Part shown: positions 50,008-59,294 of the stretch, piece by piece
Layout: every line of letters starts with the position of its first letter
How positions within the stretch are numbered: position 1 is the first letter of the stretch
Source of the DNA: a virus
DNA length: 64,000 nt
Virus record (IMG/VR): IMGVR_UViG_3300049427_000004
Coordinates: 114,867 to 178,866 of that record
Reading direction: 5' to 3' (one strand)
Notes under the pieces: generated by a model
The model's input: only the letters and a program-made list of their open reading frames with translations
Told to the model about the DNA's origin: nothing
The model's database searches: none
Position numbers and translations under genes: made by a program

Positions 50008-51012
50008 ATGTTATTTGCTCCATCATCTTTAAATCCAGATTCCATTTCATTTGATGCTACTAAGGTATATAAGTTTACATTTAAAAATAATGGTGACGTT
50101 CAAACGCACTATAATTTAAAAATATACAACAATTCCACCAGTGCTCAGGTATACACGTCAAATAAAACCGCATCATCGATTTCTGAACATAATTTACCTG
50201 CTAACTCACTAACCAACAATTTAGAATATAAATATCAGCTCGAAGTCTTCAGCAACGCTCAATCAGTGTTAAGTGAATTTATATTCTTTAAAACTAACAC
50301 CACTCCTATTATTACAATGACTGTTCCATCATCAATTAGTACAACATCTAGCATATTTAGTGCTACATATTCACAAGCACAATCTATCCCATTTAACAAA
50401 TTCAAGTTCATTCTCTATGACTCAGTAGATGAAATACTCCTTTCATCAGGGTGGCAATATGGGTACAATTTGACCTACACATTTGATGGTTTTGTTAATA
50501 ATAAAACTTATAAAGTGGAATGTATCACAGACAGCCAATATTCTCTTGGTGGGTCATCAGGGAAGAAAACATTCAGTGTTTCATTTGTTGCTCCTGATGC
50601 AGCGAACATCCTTCAAGCGATTCCAGATAATAATAATGGCACTGTCCAGATAGGCTGGTCATCGATTGATGAAACATATGCAAAAGTTATTGGCACATAT
50701 TCCTATGTAACTGGCAAGTTTAATAAAGGCGTTCAATTAAATGCACAGAGTTCAATTACATATGAGAAGAATGTTCCTGAAGACTATACTATTAACTTTT
50801 GGGTAAAGCTCGCTTCTGGGTTTGTTGGTAATATACTTCATTTAGGGAATGCAGAATTTATTGTCGGATACAATGGAACACGCTTTTATGTAAAAACGAA
50901 TGGTGATGCAATATACAGTTTACCAATTAACTTACCACTCAACTTTTTTAAAATAGCAATCATATCAAATAAAGTAATAATACAAACTGATACACAAACA
51001 GAATATATTTAG
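50008..51012 (+). CDS. Tail tip/distal tail protein with Ig/FN3-like and LamG-like regions
   Basis: First gene after TMP; beta-rich; GKFNKGV and YTINFWVK LamG-like motifs. Confidence 0.6.
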   Translation: MLFAPSSLNPDSISFDATKVYKFTFKNNGDVQTHYNLKIYNNSTSAQVYTSNKTASSISEHNLPANSLTNNLEYKYQLEVFSNAQSVLSEFIFFKTNTTPIITMTVPSSISTTSSIFSATYSQAQSIPFNKFKFILYDSVDEILLSSGWQYGYNLTYTFDGFVNNKTYKVECITDSQYSLGGSSGKKTFSVSFVAPDAANILQAIPDNNNGTVQIGWSSIDETYAKVIGTYSYVTGKFNKGVQLNAQSSITYEKNVPEDYTINFWVKLASGFVGNILHLGNAEFIVGYNGTRFYVKTNGDAIYSLPINLPLNFFKIAIISNKVIIQTDTQTEYI

Positions 51013-51031
51013 AAAGCCGAGGTGATTTATA

Positions 51032-51871
51032 TTGTTTTTATCTGTTGACCTATTAAGTACAACACCTCTGAAAAATTTTGTTCAAATTCCGAAACGATCT
51101 TACGATAAAGTGTCTTTAGTTGGTCAAGGAGTTTTTGATGGTTTTCATCTACGAAATACTGCAATGACAAATCAAGATGTATTAAATATAACCACTGAAG
51201 AGATTTTTGGAACTTATACTGTATTTCTTGCTAATTTTGAAAACACGTTGTCAGCAGGAAATTATATATCTTTACAAGATCCTATAGTAAGTTGGAGAAT
51301 AAAACGGAACCTCATCGGGAAATTCACTCCATCAACTCTTGCTGAATTGTCTGCAAGCAAGACAACTTATATTGATGCAACTCAAGCAAACAGGAAAAGT
51401 TACGAATATCAAGTTGTACCAATTACAGCAGCAGGTAAAGAAGGTAGTCCTTTAACAACCATTGCAGAATCTGATTTCTACGGATGGTTTCTAAGTGATG
51501 AGCATGGTGAAAAAGTGTATAAATTCGATATGAATATTGAAAGTGAAAGCATTACACTAAACACTGACATTAAATTGTTTGAAGGATATACACAGTTTCC
51601 TATTCAAAGATCAGGTAAAAGAAAATATCGAAGTGGTGGATTAAGTACCATGCCTTACTCCTACAATGGTTCAGAGCTATCTTTCACGAATGAAACACTA
51701 AGAGAAATTGAATCATTCATCAGTGATGAAAAAGATAAAATATTGAAAAATACATCAGGAGATATTTTTAAAGTTCAAACATCTGAGTTTTCTTATCAAT
51801 ATATGGATACGATTGATGTCCAGCCTTATACAATCAATTTTAAATGGGTTCAAGTTGGTGATGTTGATTGA
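51032..51871 (+). CDS. Tail tip protein (FN3-like plus Dit-like region)
   Basis: YIDATQAN..SYEYQVVP FN3 motif; synteny. Confidence 0.55.
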   Translation: MFLSVDLLSTTPLKNFVQIPKRSYDKVSLVGQGVFDGFHLRNTAMTNQDVLNITTEEIFGTYTVFLANFENTLSAGNYISLQDPIVSWRIKRNLIGKFTPSTLAELSASKTTYIDATQANRKSYEYQVVPITAAGKEGSPLTTIAESDFYGWFLSDEHGEKVYKFDMNIESESITLNTDIKLFEGYTQFPIQRSGKRKYRSGGLSTMPYSYNGSELSFTNETLREIESFISDEKDKILKNTSGDIFKVQTSEFSYQYMDTIDVQPYTINFKWVQVGDVD

Positions 51872-52983
51872 TTTTCGAAGACTATGTTAAGAAATTACGA
51901 AACCCTAGATCAGAAGTAATATTTAAAATTGAAATACTAGACCAGAATGAAAATTCAATATTAGATATTACGGATGATATGTTAGATGGCTCGATTAATG
52001 TCAATTTGCAAAACGGAGCCAGAAGAAGCGCAAGTTTATCAATGATTAATATCAACAATAAGTATACTCCTAATAAAAATGGGCTAATATGGCTCAACAC
52101 AAAGTTTAAGATATCTAGCGGATTAATCGTTAATGGTGAAGAATACCTCTTTTCAAATGGCATCTATTGTTTAAGTGAACCTGAAACTTCGAGCTACTTT
52201 TCTGACACGACAGCTTCTTTTTCACTTGACGATAAATGGAGTTATGCCGATGGCACTTTGCGAGGAACACTGAAAGCAGATTATATTATACCAGTTGGAA
52301 CCAATATTGGAGAAGCAGTAAAAGCTATTATCGTGAACGAACTAGTGGACGTTAAGTCTCCATTGATTGTACCCACAAGTATTATCTCACCATATACTTT
52401 GACTCTTAATCGTGGAGACAATTTTGGAGATATGCTAATTAAGTTGGCAGAGATGATCTCATACGAATGTTTCTATGATAAAAATGGACAGTTCAAATTC
52501 CAACCAGTGTTTGATGACAATAAGAAAGTGCCTAGTTGGGATTATTCAACCGAAGAGTCCACTTATTTAGGTTCAAGTCGTAAATTTGATTACACGAAGG
52601 TTAAAAATAGTGTCTATGTTTATGGGGATAACATCAATGGTTCACAGGTGCAAGGGATTGCTCAAGATACGTATGTATTTTCACAAACCAATATAAATAA
52701 AATTGGAGAGCGAGTTATTGTTTTTGAAGATGATATCATTTTTAATAATACTCTTGCTTCAGAGAGAGCTGCTTATGAACTTAAAAAAACGACAATAATT
52801 CAAGAATCAACTAGCTTAAATTCAGTTCCACTATTTCACTTGGATTGTGGGGATATTGTTACCATTGAAGATAAAAACAACGATCTACAACGAGAAAGAT
52901 ATATTATTAGTGGTATGAATTTTTCTCTCAGTGCTGGATCTGAGATGAAAGTCGATGTGTGGAAAACTAGACCGCTAGAATAA
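51868..52983 (+). CDS. Baseplate hub/Tal-like protein
   Basis: 371 aa; FYDKNGQFKF, NSVYVYG, LFHLDCGDIVTI hub-like motifs. Confidence 0.65.
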   Translation: MIFEDYVKKLRNPRSEVIFKIEILDQNENSILDITDDMLDGSINVNLQNGARRSASLSMININNKYTPNKNGLIWLNTKFKISSGLIVNGEEYLFSNGIYCLSEPETSSYFSDTTASFSLDDKWSYADGTLRGTLKADYIIPVGTNIGEAVKAIIVNELVDVKSPLIVPTSIISPYTLTLNRGDNFGDMLIKLAEMISYECFYDKNGQFKFQPVFDDNKKVPSWDYSTEESTYLGSSRKFDYTKVKNSVYVYGDNINGSQVQGIAQDTYVFSQTNINKIGERVIVFEDDIIFNNTLASERAAYELKKTTIIQESTSLNSVPLFHLDCGDIVTIEDKNNDLQRERYIISGMNFSLSAGSEMKVDVWKTRPLE

Positions 52984-52996
52984 TGAGGTGAAATAA

Positions 52997-54238
52997 TTGA
53001 GTGAAATGAATTTTAACAGCCCAGACATGGTAAAAACTTTTTATGAAAAAATAGTAGATAAGAGAATTGAAGATTACAACAAAGATTCTAAATACGATAA
53101 ATCATTTTCTGCAACAGTTATGAGTGCAGGATTGGGGACAGTCGGAATCAAACTTTTAGGTGCAAATAACACAGTTAATGGAATTCCAAACAAATCAGGT
53201 GAAATACTAAACGTAGGAGATGAAGTCTACGTTGAGGCTATCAATGGCTCTAGTAATAATATGGTAGTTAAATACAAAAAAGGCTCTGATGGAGTAATTA
53301 GTTTTCTAAGTGGAATATATCGAGAAGCTATTATTAATGGAAATTTCGATATCTGGCAACGAGGTACAGCCTTTAATACGGTAGCATCACTACAGTACAC
53401 AGCTGATCGGTGGAAACACTCGAACGCAATAGATAGCAATCTAAAGGTTCTACGATCTACCGATGTACCAAATAGTAGCAGTGTATATTCAATGCGCTTG
53501 GAACAAATGGCTGCTACAGGAGGTGCGTCCGCCTATACAGAAACCTTTCAATTGATAGAGAATTATGAAAAATTCAGAGGAAAAACAGTAACTTTTAGTG
53601 GCTGGATTAAAGTTGATACAGGTGTTTCAGTGATTCCAATAGTGGTGGACGGGATAGGATATTCACAATTTTCCACATTAGTTGGAACAAATTGGACATT
53701 TTTTTCTATTAAACACACTGTTAGTGCGTCAGCAACACAATTATACCCCTCACTAAGATTCATTAGAAATGGACTAAGTATAGGAAAGGGGTGCTTTTTC
53801 GCTCAATTGCAACTAAATATAGGCGACACGGCGCTACCATTGCAAACTAGAAGTGTTGCGGAGGAATTGGCATTGTGTCAGAGATATTATGAAAAGAGTT
53901 ATGATTATAACGTTCCACCCGGTTCAGCAAGTTCATTGCAGGGAATACAACTTTTTGCAGTCCCTTCTAACACAATTTCATCAACACAAAGATATGGTGT
54001 CACTACGTATAAGGTAAGAAAAAGAATATCTCCCACTGTTACGATATACCCCTTCACCACACCAAGTAACACTGGTAGGGTGTCATCGAACGCAGGTACT
54101 GATTTAGGGGCAAACTCAGGTAGAGTTACCAATCTTAGCGGCGAGAGTTCACTGGTGGTCGACAACGGAACGGGCGGTTCATTGACAACGATTGATCAAG
54201 CGATAGTATACCACTACACAGCAGATGCCGAATTATAA
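52997..54238 (+). CDS. Tail spike/receptor-binding protein (OB-fold N-terminus plus carbohydrate-binding-like domain)
   Basis: LNVGDEVYV OB motif; IINGNFDIWQRGT, YTADRW, EELALCQRYYE phage fibre motifs. Confidence 0.75.
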   Translation: MSEMNFNSPDMVKTFYEKIVDKRIEDYNKDSKYDKSFSATVMSAGLGTVGIKLLGANNTVNGIPNKSGEILNVGDEVYVEAINGSSNNMVVKYKKGSDGVISFLSGIYREAIINGNFDIWQRGTAFNTVASLQYTADRWKHSNAIDSNLKVLRSTDVPNSSSVYSMRLEQMAATGGASAYTETFQLIENYEKFRGKTVTFSGWIKVDTGVSVIPIVVDGIGYSQFSTLVGTNWTFFSIKHTVSASATQLYPSLRFIRNGLSIGKGCFFAQLQLNIGDTALPLQTRSVAEELALCQRYYEKSYDYNVPPGSASSLQGIQLFAVPSNTISSTQRYGVTTYKVRKRISPTVTIYPFTTPSNTGRVSSNAGTDLGANSGRVTNLSGESSLVVDNGTGGSLTTIDQAIVYHYTADAEL

Positions 54239-54248
54239 GGAGGATGAA

Positions 54249-54956
54249 ATGGAGGGATACCAACATTATATAAGAACAAATGAAGCAGGGATTATCATCT
54301 ACGGCTTTTCTTCTGCCTTCGAACAGCCATTGGAGACGGATTACCTCTTTGCAGAGGAAGCGCCACGCCATTTTCACGAGTCGTTTAAGGAACCGTTAAC
54401 GAATGAACGAGGGCAGTATCGATATAAATTGATTGGAAGTGAATTGGTTGTACGAGCACAATTAGAATTAGATGAAGAGTATGAAAACAATAAACCTCCA
54501 ATTGTTAAAACGGAAGAACAAAAAAAAATAGAGCAAATTGAATTATTAATATTTAAACCAGATCCAGATAAACTTTTTAAATCATTAGTTATAGAGAATA
54601 TCGAGCTAGATGATTTAAAAAACAAAAAAATTGAACAATTAGATTACTTGTGCAACGTTGCTATTTTAGGTGGATTCACATCAAACTGTCTAGGAAATGA
54701 TCATTATTATACATTTGATTATGAATCTCAAATGAATTTTTCAGGGAGTTTAAATGCGTTTACTGCTGGTATTTTGAATGATTCAATTGTGTGGAAGACG
54801 GATCAAGGAAATAAACTCCACACACTAGAGCAATTCAAGCAGTTATTCACTGATGGTTTGGTACATAAGCAATCTACTATCACAAAATACTGGGTACTAA
54901 AAGAACAAGTACTGTCATTAGAACTTAAGCAGGATGTGTTATTAATTGAATGGTAA
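54249..54956 (+). CDS. Tail fibre-associated protein (DUF4376-like C-terminus)
   Basis: AGGAGG RBS before ATG54249; CNVAILGGFTS..LG..HYY.FD.ESQMN motif. Confidence 0.6.
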   Translation: MEGYQHYIRTNEAGIIIYGFSSAFEQPLETDYLFAEEAPRHFHESFKEPLTNERGQYRYKLIGSELVVRAQLELDEEYENNKPPIVKTEEQKKIEQIELLIFKPDPDKLFKSLVIENIELDDLKNKKIEQLDYLCNVAILGGFTSNCLGNDHYYTFDYESQMNFSGSLNAFTAGILNDSIVWKTDQGNKLHTLEQFKQLFTDGLVHKQSTITKYWVLKEQVLSLELKQDVLLIEW

Positions 54957-55410
54957 TTATCAATTAGGAGATGTCATATTTGTAAGGGGTCATTCTTGGA
55001 TATCTAAATTAATCAGTTTATTTGATGGCGAGTTCTCACATGTTTGTTTTGCAGTTTCTGATACTCACATAATTGAGAGTCAGAGATTTGTAAAATCAAG
55101 AATTACTAAATTAAAATATGACGACTATGAGATTTTTCGAATGAATTTATCCAATAAACAATGTGAAATATTGAAAAGTGCTATTATTCATTGCGGTGTT
55201 AATTACGATTATAAACAACTAATTGTAATTGGACTAAGGAAGATTCTTGGTTCAATTATTCCAAGATATAATAGCAAAAACAAATATATTTGTTCAGAAC
55301 TAGTAGAACTAATACTAACAAATGTTGGCGAGATTCCAATTAATGAATCTATTGGAGAAAAATCGCCGAACGAATTGTTCTACTATTTAAAGAATAGAAC
55401 TTTGCGATAA
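54946..55410 (+). CDS. Permuted papain-like NlpC/P60 (YiiX/YebB-like) enzyme
   Basis: GDVIFVRG...FSHV (His)...YDY...YICSELV (Cys). Confidence 0.85.
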   Translation: MNGNYQLGDVIFVRGHSWISKLISLFDGEFSHVCFAVSDTHIIESQRFVKSRITKLKYDDYEIFRMNLSNKQCEILKSAIIHCGVNYDYKQLIVIGLRKILGSIIPRYNSKNKYICSELVELILTNVGEIPINESIGEKSPNELFYYLKNRTLR

Positions 55411-55446
55411 TAACATCTACTTATATGAATTTGGAGGAAAATAATA

Positions 55447-56136
55447 ATGAAATATGACTTACCTCAGACAACTCAATTTAGAACTGATTGTGCTAGATAT
55501 CAAACTTTAATTACAAAAAACAGTAGATCGGCAGCTGAAGATACAGAACTTGCAGCACTAGCTACAACTCTAGCAGATTACATGATTAAGGCGAATGATT
55601 GGAATATTATTGAGTCCTCAATTAACAATCATATTGCCAATTCTAGCAATCCTCACAATACTACAGCTCCTCAAATAGGCGCAGAAACACCAACTGGAGC
55701 GCAAGCAAAGGTTGATACTCATGCTAATTTAACAAACCCTCATAGCGCAACTAGTGCAGCAATAGTGAATCGTCTTCCAATAAGAGATGCGAATGCACAG
55801 TTTAATGTTGGAAATCCCACTAGTCCAACACATGTTGCAACTAAAGCATATGCTGAAACTGTTGCTATGGATGCAAGACCTTTTGTTGCAGGATTTTACA
55901 CAGGCAACGGAGCTGCTACACGCGATATTGCTCTACCATTCACACCGAGCGCTGTTTTTGTTCCAGCCAGCACAGGTAACTCGGGTGTCACTCAGGCTCT
56001 TGCAGTCACAGGTTCTGATGCTTTTGCCCTCACGATTGGTGTTAATAAATTCACTGTTGAGTACAATGGAACTACTGGATCGAGCAAGAGAACGAACGAA
56101 TCTGGCGTTGTGTATAACTATATCGCATTAAGGTAG
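55447..56136 (+). CDS. Short tail fibre-like protein
   Basis: H...SNPH / HANLTNPH repeats, AETPTGAQAKVD, YTGNG C-terminal motif. Confidence 0.65.
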   Translation: MKYDLPQTTQFRTDCARYQTLITKNSRSAAEDTELAALATTLADYMIKANDWNIIESSINNHIANSSNPHNTTAPQIGAETPTGAQAKVDTHANLTNPHSATSAAIVNRLPIRDANAQFNVGNPTSPTHVATKAYAETVAMDARPFVAGFYTGNGAATRDIALPFTPSAVFVPASTGNSGVTQALAVTGSDAFALTIGVNKFTVEYNGTTGSSKRTNESGVVYNYIALR

Positions 56137-56439
56137 GTGTGTTTGTATTGTGTACATTAAAAAATGGGGGCATAGCTAACCACCTATATTGATGAATCTA
56201 CAAATGAAGAAGCAATAGTCGCTTATAAAAGTATGAGGTGTTGTTATTGATTGCAGACAGAATTAATAAAATGAACTTACGTATTCAAAGCTCATAAAAT
56301 ATCAATTTCATTGTGATTTTATGTCTATATGTAGTAATAAAACAAAAAAATGAATCTATATATTGTATGTGTTTTACTATTAATCATGAGAGCATCTAGA
56401 TATAGGTGCTCTTATTTTATTTTTCAGGAGAGTGAAGTA

Positions 56440-56877
56440 GTGGAGAGAACTGATGTCTTTATTAAAATGGTTATTGGTGTAATTACGAGTATTATCTCAA
56501 TATTTACAGGTTTATTTGGGTTAATGTTCACTGTATTGCTTGGATTGATGGCTATTGATTTTATTACAGGGGTAATGGGTGCAATATTTTCAGGCGAAGG
56601 CCTAAAGAGTAATAAGGGCTATAGGGGATTGTTTAAGAAAATTTATACAATGCTCTTAATTGGAGCTGTACTGCTAATTGAAATTGCTGTATTAAAAACA
56701 AATGGTGTTTTAACTGATGGTGTATCAGCAGCTTTTATAGTAATTGAATTTGTTTCTATTGTAGAGAATGGTGGGAAAATGGGAGTGAAAATACCTAAAT
56801 TCCTACAGAAAACAATTTCTACTTTAAAAAATAAAGTTGGAGAAGAAGAAAATAAAGAATCTACAGAACAAAAATAA
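56440..56877 (+). CDS. Holin (Phage_holin_4/TcdE-like; track start 56350)
   Basis: AIDFITG, EFVSIVENGGKMGVKIP motifs; three TMs; precedes the endolysin. Confidence 0.88.
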   Translation: MERTDVFIKMVIGVITSIISIFTGLFGLMFTVLLGLMAIDFITGVMGAIFSGEGLKSNKGYRGLFKKIYTMLLIGAVLLIEIAVLKTNGVLTDGVSAAFIVIEFVSIVENGGKMGVKIPKFLQKTISTLKNKVGEEENKESTEQK

Positions 56878-56992
56878 GAGAAGACAAAATCACATTAGCC
56901 CTGCTTGAGCAACAATGATTAAGTCTTCCTAAAAACATTTTATATTAATCTATTAAGCTTTACAATACAAAAAATTGAGAGGAGAGATTAAA

Positions 56993-58453
56993 ATGTCTAT
57001 ACCATATGTTATCAATCATATTCCCAAAAACACCCCTAATAATCGTCGTCCAGCATTACTGATGAACGCAAGTACAATTACAATACATAACACAGGAAAT
57101 CCAACCAGTACAACTCAGAATGAACGTAATTGGCTTACTAATCCAACTAATTCTCGACAAGCTTCATTCCATATTGTTGTTGATGAGAATCAAGCAATAG
57201 AATGCCTTCCTTTGACTGAGAATGCTTGGCATTCAGGAGACGGCAACACCGCTTCTAGTGGCAATAGAACATCAATTGGAATTGAGATTTGTGAGAGTGG
57301 CAATTATGCTAAGACTCTACAAAATACAGTTGAACTGGTTGCTAAAATGTTAAAGGAACGTAGGTGGGGTATTGAACGACTAAGACGACATTTTGATTGG
57401 TCAGGGAAAATTTGTCCGCGCTTGATGCACGACGAAGGTAAATGGACTGGTTGGATTGAGTTTAAGAAGAGAGTTAATGACATACTTAATCCTAAACCAG
57501 TCGTAGTTAAAACCAAAACCATTCCCACAATAGTTAAAGAGCGTGTGTATTTTGAAAATGGTGTTCTTAAACGATGTGATGGCAACTATAAAATTGCTGC
57601 TACCGATGTTAGACATTTGAAGCTTAATAAAGATACATACGATTTGAAACTTGTATGGGCAAAAGGTAAAAAACTAAGTGATATCGCTATTGCAAATAAA
57701 GCTGATTTTGCAATAAACTTCACGCTGTTTTGGGAAGGGAAACCTGTCTCAGACACTAAGATCGGACAAGAGATTATTGCAAATGTAACAAGTGGAAAAA
57801 CAAAATCGTGGAATGGATTGAAATATAAAGATGGAGTTCTATCCATTGGTAGTGTTGATATCAATGAAGACTTGGGTGTAGATGGATTCGTGTCTAAGAG
57901 CACTCCAGTATTAGTTGAAGATGGTAAATGTGTTTATGATAAATACATTAAACTTGATCAAACTGCATCTGATATTGCTAATTCAAATTGTCAACGTACT
58001 GCAATTGGCATAGATGCAAACGGAAATCTTCATTGCTTCGTTGGTGATGGGCGAACAACCTACGATCGTGGTATGACGCTTCAAGAGCTTTCGCTATATA
58101 TACAGTCTAAAAATTGTATCATTGGAATCAACGGAGACGGTGGAGGATCGTCATCGATTTTTGCGGACGGTAAAATCCAGAGTCAAAACAAAGGATCAGA
58201 TGAGCGAATAGTTAATCATGCGCTACTCATATTCATCAAGCCTGATAAAGAAATAAAAAATGAAATTCCAGATAAGGAGTTTGAGGAAATGGATAAGATC
58301 AAGTTTGATTTAAAAGAAGGCGGTAAGAACTTAGTTGTTGATGGATTCCTTTCTAATGGAGTAAGTTACATCGAGGCAAGAACAATGGCTGAGTATTTCG
58401 GCGCTAAAGTCGGTTGGGATCAAGTAAATAAGAGAGTGAGTGTGGAGAAATAA
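56993..58453 (+). CDS. Endolysin: Amidase_2 + phosphodiester glycosidase (NAGPA-like) + copper-amine-oxidase-N-like CBD
   Basis: ITIHNT, SFHIVVD, AWHSGDG, SIGIEICE, RHFDWSGKICP; RTAIG...DGR...GMTLQEL...NGDGGGSS; SYIEAR..AEYFGAKVGWD. Confidence 0.88.
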   Translation: MSIPYVINHIPKNTPNNRRPALLMNASTITIHNTGNPTSTTQNERNWLTNPTNSRQASFHIVVDENQAIECLPLTENAWHSGDGNTASSGNRTSIGIEICESGNYAKTLQNTVELVAKMLKERRWGIERLRRHFDWSGKICPRLMHDEGKWTGWIEFKKRVNDILNPKPVVVKTKTIPTIVKERVYFENGVLKRCDGNYKIAATDVRHLKLNKDTYDLKLVWAKGKKLSDIAIANKADFAINFTLFWEGKPVSDTKIGQEIIANVTSGKTKSWNGLKYKDGVLSIGSVDINEDLGVDGFVSKSTPVLVEDGKCVYDKYIKLDQTASDIANSNCQRTAIGIDANGNLHCFVGDGRTTYDRGMTLQELSLYIQSKNCIIGINGDGGGSSSIFADGKIQSQNKGSDERIVNHALLIFIKPDKEIKNEIPDKEFEEMDKIKFDLKEGGKNLVVDGFLSNGVSYIEARTMAEYFGAKVGWDQVNKRVSVEK

Positions 58454-58454
58454 T

Positions 58455-58853
58455 ATGGATACATTATATATTATAGCTATTGTTGTTATTAGTATTATTG
58501 GTGGATTGTTCGCTGTATTGCACTTTAAAAAACAAGGTAAAATCACAGAAGAATTAGTTGAATCGATTGAAGCTGGAACGGATAAAGCAGTGCTAATGGC
58601 AAAAGATTTTTTGGGCATTGTACAGCTTGGTGACGGTGTCGAAAAGACGATTCATACTGTTCTGAACATTACATCAGATGTTGTTCACTATGTATCTGAT
58701 TCAATTGATTCAGATACTGATAAGAAACAGACATCCATTGATGTAATCCATTCCATTTTAGGTGAGTTTAAAATAACAGCAACCGATGAACAACAAAAAA
58801 TGATTAGTTTGGTCATTGAAAATAGCGTTAGACAAATCGAAAAGAATAAATAA
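58455..58853 (+). CDS. Single-TM lysis-region protein (second holin or lysis regulator-like)
   Basis: N-terminal hydrophobic helix; overlaps the endolysin end. Confidence 0.55.
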   Translation: MDTLYIIAIVVISIIGGLFAVLHFKKQGKITEELVESIEAGTDKAVLMAKDFLGIVQLGDGVEKTIHTVLNITSDVVHYVSDSIDSDTDKKQTSIDVIHSILGEFKITATDEQQKMISLVIENSVRQIEKNK

Positions 58854-58863
58854 TACGAAACAC

Positions 58864-58907
58864 AAATAACCCTTCATCTCTCTTTATGGAGACGTGGAGG
58901 GTTATTT
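58864..58907 (+). terminator. Hairpin terminator after the lysis module
   Basis: AAATAACCCTTCA / TGGAGGGTTATTT. Confidence 0.6.
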
Positions 58908-58977
58908 GTATTAATGCTAAGGATGAGATGTTTTTATTCTATATTTCACCCAACGAAATGATTAGGAGCGAATAAAC

Positions 58978-59202
58978 ATGAAGGAACTATATTACACGCA
59001 AAGTACAAATTTAGCTGCTTATTTGGTGATGAATGGCTTTGAAATTGTAGGAAATAGAAAGTCGAATGGATGTATGACCATCTATTTCACTAAATCTGAT
59101 GAATTACATAATTGTGTTCGAAAATACAACACTGAACATGAACTTAAAAAGTTTATCTCTACGTTCAAGAAAGTCAAAGATTCAATCAATTTTAAAAAAT
59201 AA
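58978..59202 (+). CDS. Small phage protein (DUF5659-like)
   Basis: YTQSTNLAAYLVMNGF...IYF..SDEL pattern. Confidence 0.6.
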   Translation: MKELYYTQSTNLAAYLVMNGFEIVGNRKSNGCMTIYFTKSDELHNCVRKYNTEHELKKFISTFKKVKDSINFKK

Positions 59203-59294
59203 ATTATTTTATTTTAAACAAAATAGTTTGACTATTACGTTGCTATCAGTTTTGAGCAGCGTTTTTATTTTATTTTGCTAAGGAGAGATATAAA

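Noticed and set aside
52997-54238. Diversity-generating retroelement acting on the fibre
   Set aside because: No reverse transcriptase or template repeat seen in the window.
56140-56270. Short broken reading frames before the holin
   Set aside because: No intact ORF or recognisable homology.
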